NCBI GenBank assembly: GCA_002269645.1
Contig: NIVC01000019.1
Coordinates: forward strand, 372,001 to 436,000
Length of the DNA stretch: 64,000 bases
Reading direction: 5' to 3'
Origin: Macrostomum lignano
Taxonomy: Eukaryota
Numbering within the stretch: position 1 is the stretch's first letter; every line of letters starts with the position of its first letter. Below the pieces are notes generated by a model, which made no database searches, was not told the origin of the DNA, and worked only from the letters and a program-made list of their open reading frames with translations. The position numbers and the translations under genes are program-made. This document shows, one piece after another, positions 26,418-39,400 of this stretch.

Positions 26418-29002
26418 CTAAGTAGAATAAGCGAATGTTTTATAAGATGCGTATCTGCTATTGTCGCCGCCAAAGCCAGCGGCTATTGACACCCGGCGCG
26501 GCAGCTGCTGCAGCAGGGAGCGCAGAAAGGCGCGCCTCTGCCAGCCGTAGACTACGGTGTTCAGCAGGCCCTGCAGCGGCGCCGTGGCCGCCTGAAGGAT
26601 GTACAGCCAGAAGAACTTGTCGGCTGTCTCCTCCGACAGCACTAGACTCAGACTGCCCAGCACGAAGGTCGGGCCCCAGCTGACAAAGAAGACGCCAATG
26701 AAGAGGGCGACTCGGCGACGCATCTGACGCCTGGCATCGGCCTGAGCGGCGGTCAGGCTGCCCAGTCGGCGGTCACGGAGGTCGCGGTGCCGCACGGCCA
26801 GCCAGTACAGGCCGCAGCAGCCCAGCAGGACGCAGAGCAGAGGGATGAGGAAGGCCAGCTTCAGCCACCTGTGGAAAAGGGTGCGGGTTTCGTGTTGTCT
26901 GGGCCAGAGGTGTCGGACTCGATTCCTGGGTTTGACCACATTCACTCATATCCAAGTTCAAGCTTTTATGCATAATTTTAGGCTAATGTGGGAGGCTGAG
27001 AGATGCCATAGATCAGTGAGAGATGCCATAGATTAGTGAGAGATGCCATAGATCAGTGAGAGATTCCATAGATCATTGAGATGCCATATATTAGTGAGAG
27101 ATGCCATAGATTAGTGAGAGATGCCATAGATTAGTGAGAGATGCCATAGATTAGTGAAAGATGCCATAGATTAGTGAGAGATGCCAAAGGTCAGTGAGAG
27201 ATGCCATAGATTAGTGAGAGATGCCATAGATCAGTGAGAGATTCCATAGATCATTGAGATGCCATAGATTAGTGAGAGATGCCATAGATTAGTGAGAGAT
27301 GCCATAGATTAGTGAGAGATGCCATAGATTAGTGAGAGATGCCATAGATTAGTGAGAGATGCCAAAGGTCAGTGAGAGATGCCATAGATTAGTGAGAGAT
27401 GCCATAGATCAGTGAGAGATGCCATAGATTAGTGAGAGATGCCACAGGTCACTGAGAGATGCCATAGATTAGTGAGAGATGCCATAGATCAGTGAGAGAT
27501 GCCATAGATCAGTGAGATGCCATAGATTAGTGAGAGATGCCATAGATCAGTGAGAGATGCCATAGATTAGTGAGAGATGCCATAGATTAGTGAGAGGTGC
27601 CACAGGTCAGTGAGAGATGCCATAGATTAGTGAGATGCAATGGATTAGTGAGATATGCCATAGATTAGTGAGAGATGCCACAGATCAATGAGGATGCCAT
27701 AGATTAGTGAGAGATGCCATAGATTAGTGAGAGATGCCACAGGTCACTGAGAGATGCCATAGATTAGTGAGATGCAATGGATTAGTGAGATATGCCATAG
27801 ATTAGTGAGAGATGCCACAGATCAATGAGGATGCCATAGATTAGTGAGAGATGTCACAGGTCAGTGAGAGATGCCACAGGTCAGTGAGAGATACCACAGG
27901 TTAGTGAGAGATGCCATAGATTAGTGTCTGCCTCTGCCTGCCTTTAACGCGCACCAACCGCGGCCATTGTAGCTCCAACTTGCTGGTTTATCAAATCAAA
28001 CAAACTAACTCACATTCGAGGCGACGCGCTGTCGGAGTCGGCCGGCCAGCAGGGATCCTGGTCGAACCGGAATATCGGCAGGCAGCTGCTGCAGATGATG
28101 CCGTCACCGCTGCCGCCTCCCGTGTGGGCGTGGCCGGCGCTGGACCAGTGCGCTGTGGCAGCGGCCAAGACTCCGGCCTCCGCTAGCAGTGGTGCAGCCC
28201 AGGCCACTCCGATGGCCGCGAGTGCCTTCCAGCGGCCTTTGTCGCTGTCACAGCCGCCGCCTGACCCGCCGCTGCCGTCGCTATCGCTCATGCCGCCGCC
28301 CGTGTCGCCTTCAAAGGCCATGCGCGAGGCGGTTCGCTGGCGCAGATACACCTGGGAGGTGTCAGTTTGGGGGCCGGTTTAGACTTTAGAGGATTCTCTG
28401 GACCAGTTTAGAGGAACCTCAGGACCGGTTTAGAGGATCTTTAGGACTGGTTTTAGAGGATCTTTAGGACTGGTTTTAGAGGATCCTCAGGACTGGTTTT
28501 AGAGGATCCTCAGGGCCGGTTTGAAGGATCTTTAGGGCCGAGTTTAGCAGATTTTAGACGCCATTTCCAATAGGGTATTTAAATAGGATTTGCCAAGGCG
28601 GCCCACTCCAAAAAGCAGCACCACAACGCAGACCTGATAGGCGTAGGCCAGCGTCAGGCCGAAGCTGCACACGAACAGTGCCGTGGTGGCCCCAGTCGCG
28701 TAGGCACACAGCAGAGACGGCTGGCTGTCATTGTGGCCAGTCAGGTGCAGTCCGGCGCTGACAATCAAGCAGGTGGTGGCCAGCAGGTCGGCCATAGACA
28801 GGTGCACCACCGGGTAAACCTCCGGGTGGCGCAGTCGGCCGCGCGCAATAGCGGCGCCAATTATAGCGGCGCAGGCCAGCACAGAGAGGGCGCCGAATCC
28901 GCAGTCCAGATAGGAGAGCACGCGCAGCTGCTGCTCGGACAGGGAGCGATAGACTGTGCCGTTGATTGGCTGCGGAGGCGCCGGCTGGTGGCTTGTTGGC
29001 AT
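26418..29002 (-). CDS. TMEM116: TMEM116-like 7TM (cAMP-receptor/GPR157-like) membrane protein; exons 29002-28634, 28351-28014, 26868-26418; about 385 aa
   Basis: Two GT-AG introns, phases 0 and 2, total 1158 nt. HPEVYPVVHLSMADLL, RRVALFIGVFFVSWGPTFVL and LYILQAATAPLQGLLNTVVYGW resemble TMEM116 segments as remembered; several hydrophobic helices. Orthology versus GPR157-type paralogs needs a phylogeny. Confidence 0.75.
26995..27925. repeat. 20-bp minisatellite (GAGATGCCATAGATTAGTGA), TMEM116-like intron 2
   Basis: Direct. Confidence 0.95.
28420..28545. repeat. 23-bp short tandem array (GAGGATCCTCAGGACTGGTTTTA), TMEM116-like intron 1
   Basis: Direct, about 5 copies. Confidence 0.8.
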
Positions 29003-29104
29003 TGTGCTGGCTCCTGCTGAGCATGGGACCTGTGGGTGGGTGCGTTGCTATGGCAACAATGCTTAAATCATACAGCCTACGCTTTTGACTAGCGATTACT
29101 AAGC

Positions 29105-29845
29105 CAAGAGAATCTCACGGGATATTTTCGGGGTAGATACTGCAGAATCTCACGGGAGATTATCGGGGTGGATACTGCAGAATCTGACGGGAGATTATCG
29201 GGGTGGATACTGGAGAATCTCACGGGAGATTTTCGGGGTAGATACTGCAGAATCTGACGGGAGATTATCGGGGTGGATACTGCAGAATCTCACGGGAGAT
29301 TTTCGGGGTGGATACTGGAGAATATCACGGGAGATTTTCGGGGTGGATACTGGAGAATCTCACGGGAGATTTTCGGGGTGGATACTGGAGAATCTCACGG
29401 GAGATTTTAGGGGTGGATACTGGAGAATCTCACGGGAGATTTTCGGGGTGGATACTGGAGAATCTTACGGGAGATTTTAGGGGTGGATACTGGAGAATCT
29501 CACGGGAGATTTTAGGGGTGGATACTGGAGAATCTCACGGGAGATTTTAGGGGTGGATACTGGAGAATCTCACGGGAGATTTTAGGGGTGGATACTGGAG
29601 AATCTCACGGGAGATTTTAGGGGTGGATACTGGAGAATCTCACGGGAGATTTTAGGGGTGGATACTGGAGAATCTCACGGGAGATTTTCGGGGTGGATAC
29701 TGGAGAATCTCACGGGAGATTTTAGGGGTGGATACTGGAGAATCTCACGGGAGAATTTCGGGGTGGATACTGGAGAATCTCACGGGAGATTTTAGGGGTG
29801 GATACTGGAGAATCTCACGGGAGATTTTCGGTTGGATACTGGAGA
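29105..29845. repeat. 35-bp minisatellite (GGGTGGATACTGGAGAATCTCACGGGAGATTTTAG) between NSUN5 and the TMEM116-like gene
   Basis: Direct, about 21 copies. Confidence 0.95.
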
Positions 29846-30274
29846 ATCTCACGAGTTTTCGGGGTAGTGAAGAATCTTATTAAGAACTTTATAAGTTCTA
29901 GCAGGTTCACAACCACTAGGGCCATCATTGGCCACGATAGTGTACATGACTTGGGACATTATTCATACATGAATTCTGAGACATTAACTAATGTAAGTGC
30001 GCCGTATTAAAGAAGAATTAAAACAATATTGTCACAGCGCTGCTCGATTGAACAGCCAAGTAAGCGGCAGTTGCCGGAGAAGTATGTATATTAATGCAAT
30101 GAAATATTAAATTGCTGGCATTGTCCACAACTCAGTCTACATACAATTTCATTCACTTTAAAACTCAAATAATGCTGCTCACTCTCTGAGCAATTGTATT
30201 GTCAGTGAAAGCTTCTATGTAAGAATTATCTGCTTCACTTCGAGGATACTTCAGCATCCCAATTCCCTCCGCAC

Positions 30275-33200
30275 TCAGCGCTTTCTGTTCCGCCGTCTCC
30301 CCGAACTCTTCCGCATACCAAAGGCGGCAGTCCTGGCAGCTGCCCCGCTGCCGCCTGTGTCCCGCTTAAAGCAGGCCACAAAGAAGCCGCAGGTGCGGTC
30401 AGTCCCGGGCCCAGCCCGCAGGCACATGGGCCCACAGTCGAATGCTGACAAGCCTCTGGTTGGCCAGCTGGACTTCATCAACCTGGCCAATCGCCAGCCT
30501 TTATCGGCGAACGAATTGGCGAGCTCCTGAACTACGGCTTCGTTCTCTTCCGAGTGCACCGAGCAGGTTGAATAGACAACTCGCCTGGCGCTGGGGTAGT
30601 CGGTCAGAGCTGAGCGAAGCACCATTGCCTGCACAGTGGAATAGCGAGCCCAATCCTTGAATCAGTATTTTTATATTTATTAAAAGCACAGTTTTTCTTA
30701 CCTGGAAATTTGCCAGAGAAGCCAGGCGCTGCTGCTCCTTGGCTGCCGCCGATTCGGCATCCGAGGCACCGGCGCCGGCGCCCCCGTCAAGCGCTTGGCG
30801 CTCAACGCTGCGAGCGGTCAGACCGGAACCGGAACAGCTCGGATCCACCTGGTAATTTTTTTAGTAAAATGTTTTTCAGAAACTGATTCAGTCAACTGAT
30901 AGAAACATAATAGTTCTGTTAGAGTGAACTGTTAAAATACCTGCCTACTAAAGACAATAGAGCTAACTGCATGTTAGACGTGAAATCTATTAGACATGAG
31001 ATCCAGCTGTTAGACATGAGATCCAGCTGTTAGACATGAGATCCAGCTGTTAGACATGAGATCCAGCTGTTAGACATGAGATCCAGCTGTTAGACATGAG
31101 ATCCAGCTGTTAGACATGAGATCTAGCTGTTAGACATAAGATCCAGCTGTTAGACATGAGATCCAGCTGTTAGACATGAGATCCAGCTGTTAGACATGAG
31201 ATTCAGCTGTTAGACATGAGATCTAGCTGTTAAACATAAGATCCAGCTGTTAGACATGAGATCCAGCTGTTAGACATGAGATCCAGCTGTTAGACATGAG
31301 ATCTAGCTGTTAGACATGAGATCCAGCTGTTAAACATAAGATCCAGCTGTTAGACATGAGATCCAGCTGTTAAACATAAGATCCAGCTGTTAGACATGAG
31401 ATCTAGCTGTTAGACATGAGATCCAACTGTTAGACATGAGATCTAGCTGTTAGACATGAGATCTAGCTGTTAGACATGAGATCCAACTGTTAGACATGAG
31501 ATCTAGCTGTTAGACATGAGATCTAGCTGTTAGACATGAGATCTAGCTGTTAGACATTAAATCCAGCTGTTAGACATGAGATCTAGCTGTTAGACATGAG
31601 ATCCAGCTGTTAGGCAGGAGGGCAGCAGGTCAAACAGCCCCCAGCACGCACCAGAATGTGGGTGATTCGGTCTCTGCACCGCTGGCTCAGCCAGTCGCCC
31701 AGCTGCAGGCAGTCGCAGCGCAGGCACCGCACCCGATCGCCGGCTCCCATAGCAACCAGTCGGCGTCTCAATTCACAGAATCGTTGGGCGTCGCGATCGA
31801 CGGCCAGAACCCGGCCGGCCGGGCCGACCATAGCGGCCAGCTGGAGGGTTTTGTTGCCGGGCGCGGCGCAGGTGTCCAGCACCCAGGCGCCTGGCGGAGG
31901 CTGCAGGCAGACAGGCGGCAGGCAGCTGGCCTTGTCCACCAGGCAGAGGGCTCCGCCGGTGACCAGCGGGTGAACAGCCAGGCGAGCGGAGTCAGCCGCA
32001 GGGAAGGTGAGCAGATCCGGGATGTGAGCATCGGCGGCCAGGTAGGTGCCGGGTCGCAGGCTGTCCACGTCGCCGCCTTCGGCGTCATCGATGGCGACAA
32101 AGCCGTCGGCAGACAGTCGGGCTCGAACTTCGGCCGGCTGCGCCAGCAGGCGGTTGATCCGAGCGTACCTGGGCAGCTGATGTGGCTGGGCCTGGCTACT
32201 GTCAGTAGTATCCGAGTCCAGCCGGACCCCGCGAAGCCGCTCAGCAAGATGCGGATGAACACCTGTTGAGTTGGGGAGGCTTCGGCACTGCAGGACATTG
32301 CGCAAGGCTGAGCCTGGACCACTGGATCATGATCCACCCCAACTAGTCATGAGAATGATGACCCAATCTAGCCATGAGAATGATGACCCAATCTAGTCAT
32401 GAGAATGATGACCCAATCTAGCCATGAGAATGATGACCCAATCTAGCCATGAGAATGATGACCCAATCTAGTCATGAGAATGACCCCAACTAGTCATGAG
32501 AATGACCCCAACTAGTCACGAGAATGACCCCAACTAGTCATGAGAATGACCCAATCTAGCCATGAGAATGATGACCCAATCTAGCCATGAGAATGATGAC
32601 CCAATCTAGTCATGAGAATGACCCCAACAAGTCACGAGAATGACCCCAACTAGTCATGAGAATGACCCCAACTAGTCATGAGAATGAGCCAATCTAGTCA
32701 TGAGAATGACCCCAACTAGTCATGAGAATGACCCAATCTAGTCATGAGAATGACCCCAACTAGTCATGAGAATGACCCAATCTAGTCATGAGAATGACCC
32801 AATCTAGTCATGAGAAGGACCCAATCTAGTCATGAGAATGACCCAATCTTGTCATGAGAATGACCCAATCTAGTCATGAGAATGACCCCAACTAGTCATG
32901 AGAATGACCCAATCTAGTCATGAGAATGACCCCAACTAGTCATGAGAATGACCTTATCTAGTCATGAGAATGACCCAATTTAGTCATGAGAATGACCCAA
33001 TCTAGTCATGAGAATGACCCAATCTAGTCATGAGAATGACCCAATCTAGTCACGAGAATGACCCAATCTAGTCATGAGAAAAGTCGCACCTGGGGGTCGA
33101 TGCGAGGACGTCGCCGGCCGGAGCAGCAGGTCGCAGGCCTGGACCAGGCATTCAAAGCGGCTGGCAGGCAGACTGCCGTCGGCAACAACAGGCCGGCCAG

Positions 33201-33435
33201 TTGCAGCGTCCAGCACGCCAGCGTTGATCAGCGCGGACTCGAGCTGGTTTAGCGAGCGGAGGGCGCGGCAGACTAGCGCGCAGAGCATTCGGCGCCGGCT
33301 GTTGTTAGCGCCGGCAGTGCTCGGCGACCCGGTGGCGGCTTTGTAAAGCGCGGATTTCAAGCCGCTACGGCCGGTGGCAACCAGCTCGAGCAGGCGGCCG
33401 GCCTGGCGATAGTCCAGACGGCGCATGCATTTCAT
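30275..33435 (-). CDS. NSUN5: 28S rRNA cytosine-C5 methyltransferase NSUN5 (Rcm1) homolog; exons 33435-33090, 32313-31652, 30848-30702, 30628-30275; about 502 aa
   Basis: Three GT-AG introns with phases 1, 0, 0 (1509 nt). Motifs: LPRYARIN, DKASCLP, VLDTCAAPGNKT (SAM motif I), ILV|VDPSCSGSG and VVYSTCSVHSEENEAVV (both catalytic Cys), GFFVACF. N-terminal GLKSALY is NSUN5-like. Confidence 0.92.
30985..31612. repeat. 20-bp minisatellite (GAGATCCAGCTGTTAGACAT), NSUN5 intron 2
   Basis: Direct. Confidence 0.95.
32335..33080. repeat. 21-24-bp minisatellite (CATGAGAATGACCCAATCTAGT), NSUN5 intron 1
   Basis: Direct. Confidence 0.95.
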
Positions 33436-33504
33436 ATTCGAAAGTATATAAGTTTGTACAGTAGTATTGTCAGAGGATTATGTATGCGAGTCAAGCAATC
33501 GGAA

Positions 33505-34625
33505 CAGGTGTTTCTAGGTGACCCGGTATGAGCAACAGGTGTGTTCTGGGTGACCCGGTATGAGCAACAGGTGTGGGTTCTGGGTGACCCGGTATGAGCA
33601 ACAGGTGTGTGGGTTCTGGGTGACCCGGTATGAGCAACAGGTGTGGGTTCTGGGTGACCCGGTATGAGCAACAGGTGTGTGGGTTCTGGGTGACCCGGTA
33701 TGAGCAACAGGTGTGTTCTGGGTGGCCGGTATAAGCAACAGGTGTGTTCTGGGTGACCCGGTATGAGCAACAGGTGTGTTCTGGGTGGCCGGTATGAGCA
33801 ACAGGTGTGTTCTGGGTGGCCGGTATGAGCAACAGGTGTGTTCTGGGTGGCCGGTATGAGCAACAGGTGTGTTCTGGGTGGCCGGTATGAGCAACAGGTG
33901 TGTTCTGGGTGGCCGGTATGAGCAACAGGTGTGTTCTGGGTGACCCGGTATGAGCAACAGGTGTGTTCTGGGTGGCCGGTATGAGCAACAGGTGTGTTCT
34001 GGGTGGCCGGTATGAGCAACAGGTGTGTTCTGGGTGGCCGGTATGAGCAACAGGTGTGTTCTGGGTGGCCGGTATGAGCAACAGGTGTGTTCTGGGTGGC
34101 CGGTATGAGCAACAGGTGTGTTCTGGGTGACCCGGTATGAGCAACAGGTGTGTTCTGGGTGGCCGGTATGAGCAACAGGTGTGTTCTGGGTGACCCGGTA
34201 TGAGCAACAGGTGTGTGGGTTCTGGGTGACCCGGTATGAGGAACAGGTGTGTGTTCTGGGTGACCCGGTATGAGCAACAGGTGTGTTCTGGGTGACCCGG
34301 CATGAGCAACAGGTGTGTTCTGGGTGGCCCGGTATGAGCAACAGGTGTGTGGGTTCTGGGTGACCTGGTATGAGCAACAGGTGTGTGTTCTGGGTGATCC
34401 GGTATGAGCAACAGGGGTGTGGGTTCTGGGTGACCTGGTATGAGCAACAGGTGTGTGTTCTGGGTGATCCGGTATGAGCAACAGGGGTGTGGGTTCTGGG
34501 TGACCTGGTATGAGCAACAGGTGTGTGTTCTGGGTGATCCGGTATGAGCAACAGGGGTGTGGGTTCTGGGTGACCTGGTATGAGCAACAGGTGTGTGTTC
34601 TGGGTGACCCGGTATGAGCAACAGG
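33505..34625. repeat. 31-35-bp minisatellite (CCGGTATGAGCAACAGGTGTGTTCTGGGTGA) upstream of NSUN5
   Basis: Direct; explains the three long minus-strand ORFs at 33432-34644. Confidence 0.95.
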
Positions 34626-36448
34626 TGTAAGTCAAGTGACCCAATGAAACTTAGCGAGCCAGTGAAATAATGACCAAGTCTCCAAACAAACGGTTATTTA
34701 AAAAGAAAAAATATATAATTTGTGCCAAGTATATGTAATTAATTAAGGCAAAAAAACTTAACAGAAAAAAATCACATTCGAAATGACCGCATGCGTTCGC
34801 GAAAGAAACTCTGCGTTTGAATAAACAGGCCACGCGGTTTAGAAAAACGAAAACGCATTCTGACTACTGTTAGTAGCAGAATATTTAGACGAAAAGCGTA
34901 CAAGTTTGCCACAGACTCTGAAATGACTTCGATATAAATAAATAAATAAACGGAATGTTCAAAACAGAAAAGGCGAAATGGTCTGTCAGCTGTCAGAGTG
35001 TTGGTGGAATTTTATCGATCAACTGAAATAGGAAAATCACAGGAAGTTCAACCAGCCGCAAGGACTGTAGAAGCACGCTAGTAAAAATAAATATTAATAG
35101 AAAAATATTAAGCATGAAGACATTGTCTGGATTGGTTTGTTTTTTAAATAATTAGGAAAAATGTACTCTGCAAAACTGAAGTTAGTGTATAAAAATTTAA
35201 GGTACATCAGCTGATTGTATATGTGTTATGAAAGCAAAGCACACCTTGAGCAAAATGCTTTGTGCACCTGTCAGCACAGATACTAGAATAACTAAGATGG
35301 GCCACTCCGCACATTTGCGTGTAAGCTACTTTCAGTTCAGTAGTAAGCTAAACTGAAGCATTTTAATGTATTTTAAAGCCAAGGCTGATTTATTGGCTCC
35401 TACCCCCCCCCCCCCCCGGCTTACACCCTCGACCCGCGCCTTTCCACACTACCCCCCGCGTCGCCCCAATTTTTATTGCCTTTCTTGGAATTCCAGCCTA
35501 AAGCTGCCATGTACATTTCAGTGGACTGGCCAATGTACATTACTGCTGAACCAATTAGCAAGCTGTTTACGCCTGCAAGCTTGTTAGGCTTCTAAACTTA
35601 TCAAAGTCATTTCAGCTGGCTTTACTTTTATAAAATAGCTTATGTATTCTTCTTTGCTACTGAACTGAAAGTAGAAAGCTGTTTTACTAATGATAGACGC
35701 CTGAGTGGCCCATCTAGTTAATTTAGAATCTGCGCTTCCAGCAGCAGCTCAGTGTGTGAGTGTGGATTATGAATGAAGATCAGAACTGCATCGTTATTGA
35801 TTTAAATTTTAATGTTTTTTAAAGGAAAAGGCACAGCCTAGTTAGAAAATAAACTAAACTGGAAATAAGTGACTCTAGAGGACTCTAAAATGAGATGTCA
35901 TGGAAAAGGGCCCCTAAAGTTCGTCAAAGAGTTGTCTAAGAGTCAGTTTGAGGCGTTTAGATAGTCTGCGACTCGGGGGCGGTTCTGTAATGACCCTGGG
36001 GCCGTAAAGTTATATGTGAGGCATGCTGGAGACGCTATGGAGTCACTGAGTTGCGTTTAAGGCGCAACTGCGTCACTTTTTTAAATTAGAATGGCATTTC
36101 GCATTCATAAAAACTCTGTTTAGTCTACTTGAGTCAGTAGAAAGTTAAGCGCTAACACAGCACAGAAAGGCACAGCCCAGTTAACTGAAATGGTTATCAG
36201 CCGCATTCATTTATGCAATTGTGGATTAGCGATAGTGGAACATGCAGGCATACATAGAGACTAAAAAAAGACAGATTGTCCGGCAGAAGACCCGAAGACT
36301 CGCTTACATCATCATCATCAGTCCTCTAAAAAATAAAATTCGGAACACTAATAAACATAGAAAAAATGCCAGAATTTGAATTAATTTACAGCAGGTAAAA
36401 ATAGCCCTAGCAACAAGCGCCCCAGCTACATAGCAACAACCAAGGAGT

Positions 36449-39400
36449 CTAGAACGGTCGCTTACGGAGCAGCATTGACAGCAGTGGAATTCCAACTACA
36501 GCGGAGCCGCACACCGCAGCGGCTGCCAGCATCAACGGCGACAAGCCAGCGGCTCCGCCCTGATTGGCCACCGCCGTCTCCCTGCTGGCCAGCTGCTCAG
36601 CGAATTCTTGTCTCTGCCGCTCCAGCTGCTCAGCCATCACCAGCTCGTGCTCGCGAACTAGACTGACCCGTTCCAGCTGCCACTGCTCAGCACCATCAGG
36701 CCCAGACTGGTCAGCGAGCTCCCGCCGTTCCAGCCGCTCCTGTTCAAGCTGCATCTCCGTCTGCATCAGCTGAGTACGAAGCTGCTGCTGCTCAACCTGC
36801 AGCTGCTCAACCTGCTGCTCGGTATTTTCCTGCGACTCCTCAACTTTATGCTGGCTTTGAAGTTGACGCTCTAGTTTAAGCATTTGCTCTTCGTGCAACT
36901 TTTGCAGTCTTTCAACTTCTACTTTATGACTTTGCTGCTGCTGCTCCAGCTGCTTCTGCAGCTCCTCTTGCTGTACTTGCTTTAGCTGCTCTAGCTGATC
37001 TTGGTAATCGATCTCCTGACTTTGCCGTTGCTGCTGCTGCAACTCTTTGCGGAGGTCTTGCCTTTGCTGCTCCAGCTGAATTTGATAGTCTTGTTGATGC
37101 ACTTTCAACTGCTGTTGAAGCTCTTGCACCCTGTGCTGGTGCTGCAACTCAACTTCTTCCCGCTGCTTTAGGCTTTCCTTTTCATGTTTATGGTGCTGCA
37201 GCTCCAACAGCTTTCGGTATTCTTCCCGCTTCTGCTCCAGTTGTTGTTTGTAGTACTCTAGCTGCTCAAGCACCTGCTCCTCAATATGTTGGTCATTTAC
37301 TTTATTTCGGTATTCTTCTTGAAGCTTACTACGCTGCTCTTCGAGCTGTCGCTGATGCTCTTCTTGCAATACTTTCTGCTGCTCCTCCAGCTGTTGCTGA
37401 TGCTCTTCACTGAGCTTCTTCTGCTGCTCCTCCAGCTGTTGCTGATGCTCTTCACTGAGCTTCTTCTGCTGCTCCTCCAGCTGTTGCTGATGCTCTTCAC
37501 TGAGCTTCTTCTGCTGCTCCTCCAGCTGTTGCTGATGCTCTTCACTGAGCTTCTTCTGCTGCTCCTCCAGCTGTTGCTGATGCTCTTCACTGAGCTTCTT
37601 CTGCTGCTCCTCCAGCTGTTGCTGATGCTCTTCACTGAGCTTCTTCTGCTGCTCCTCCAGCTGTTGCTGATGCTCTTCACTGAGCTTCTTCTGCTGCTCC
37701 TCCAGCTGTTGCTGATGCTCTTCACTGAGCTTCTTCTGTTGCTCCTCCAGCTGTTGCTGATGCTCTTCACTGAGCTTCTTCTGCTGCTCCTCCAGCTGTT
37801 GCTGATGCTCTTCACTGAGCTTCTTCTGCTGCTCCTCCAGCTGTTGCTGATGCTCTTCACTGAGCTTCTTCTGCTGCTCCTCCAACTGTTGCTGATGCTC
37901 TTCACTGAGCTTCTTCTGTTGCTCCTCCAGCTGTTGCTGATGCTCTTCACTGAGCTTCTTCTGCTGCTCCTCCAGCTGTTGCTGATGCTCTTCACTGAGC
38001 TTCTTCTGCTGCTCCTCCAGCTGTTGCTGATGATCTTCACTGAGCTTCTTCTGTTGCTCCTCCAGCTGTTGCTGATGCTCTTCACTGAGCTTCTTCTGCT
38101 GCTCCTCCAGTTGTTGCTGATGCTCTTCACTGAGCTTCTTTTGCTGCTCCTCCAGCTGTTGGTTAAGTTCTTGATGTAGAATTTTCTTTTGTTCTTCTAA
38201 ATTTTGCCGATGTTCTTCAGACAGAATTTGCAGCTGCTGCTCATTTGCGATATGATTTTGTTCATCTTGGTGCACAGAAGTTTGCCCACGAGATGGTCCT
38301 CTCGGTTGGTTCTGAAGCATGACTTGCTCGCCTCGCCGTTTTCCCTGCATATTATTTTGCTGCTGATCCAACTGCTGCTGAGGCTGCTTCTGTCGCAGCT
38401 CTACTTGCTCTTCGTACCGCTCTTGAAGCTTCTTTAGCTGCTTCTCGAGCTGCTCATATTCATACTGCAAGTTTTGATACTTCTGCCGATGCTGCTCTTC
38501 TTGCTGAGCCTGCATCGCCTCCTGCTTCTTGCGCTGCTGTTTGCGCGTCACAATCTCTAGCGCCTGCAGCTCTTGACGGTATTGGTCTCGCAGCTGTTGC
38601 AGCTGCTCCCGCAAATCATCCTGGTGCTTCTCTTTCATAGCCTTCTCCTGTTGCTTTAATTGCATTTGGTGCTGCTCTTCTAGCTCCTGTTGTTGCCGCA
38701 GTAACTGCTGCTTCAGCTGTTCTTGGTTCTGCAACGGCTCTACGGCCTGGTCTTGAGCTTGCTGCTCCTGCATCGGCAGCTTCTGCTGCTGAGACAGAGA
38801 CAACAAATCTTTTTTTAGCTTAGCTTGCTCCTCTAGCAATGTATTCTCCCGTTCTTTCTGCTCAAACAACTGCAACTGCAATTCTTTGTCCTTCCGCGAT
38901 AACTGCTGGTAATCTTCCTCAAGTGCTTTCTGTTCCTGGCGGTGCTTTTCCTGCAGCTCCGCTAGTTGCTGCTTCAGCTGATTCTCATGCTGCTCCTGCA
39001 GCGCCTGCCGCTGCTCATCCAGCTGTGCCTGATAGTTTTGCAGAAGTTCGCTATCGAGAAGCTGCATCTGCTCTTTGCCTGACTCAGACTTCTGCGCATC
39101 CGACTCTTCATACAGCCGAGTAGGCTGCTCATTATCCGAGCTAATATCTTGAAAGTACACTTCGTTAAACACATTCAACAGCTCCGCCGGCTGCTCTGAG
39201 TCTGAATGCTCATCCTGTCTCTGGCATTGGATGGGAAGAAACAGCCTCCGCTGCTCAACAGGCTTGGATTTGTCCTGCTCCTGAAATTGTAGCAGATCAA
39301 TAAGTTAGCGGAATGAGAAAATTCAGTTTTATAACTTAATAACTGTCAAGCATGTGCAGTCTCAGTGCTTTGGGGCTGGCTCTCATGGGTGTGAACCGAA

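Noticed and set aside
33432-34644. Three 361-376-aa minus-strand ORFs upstream of NSUN5
   Set aside because: Tandem-repeat translations in all frames with no domain content.
35399-35470. Poly-C tract with G-quadruplex potential between SLMAP and NSUN5
   Set aside because: A single homopolymer run with no supporting context; length is unreliable in long-read assemblies.
37286-38179. 297-aa Leu-rich plus-strand ORF
   Set aside because: Antisense shadow of the SLMAP Gln/Glu/Lys repeat (CAG/GAG/AAG codons read as Leu/Phe).
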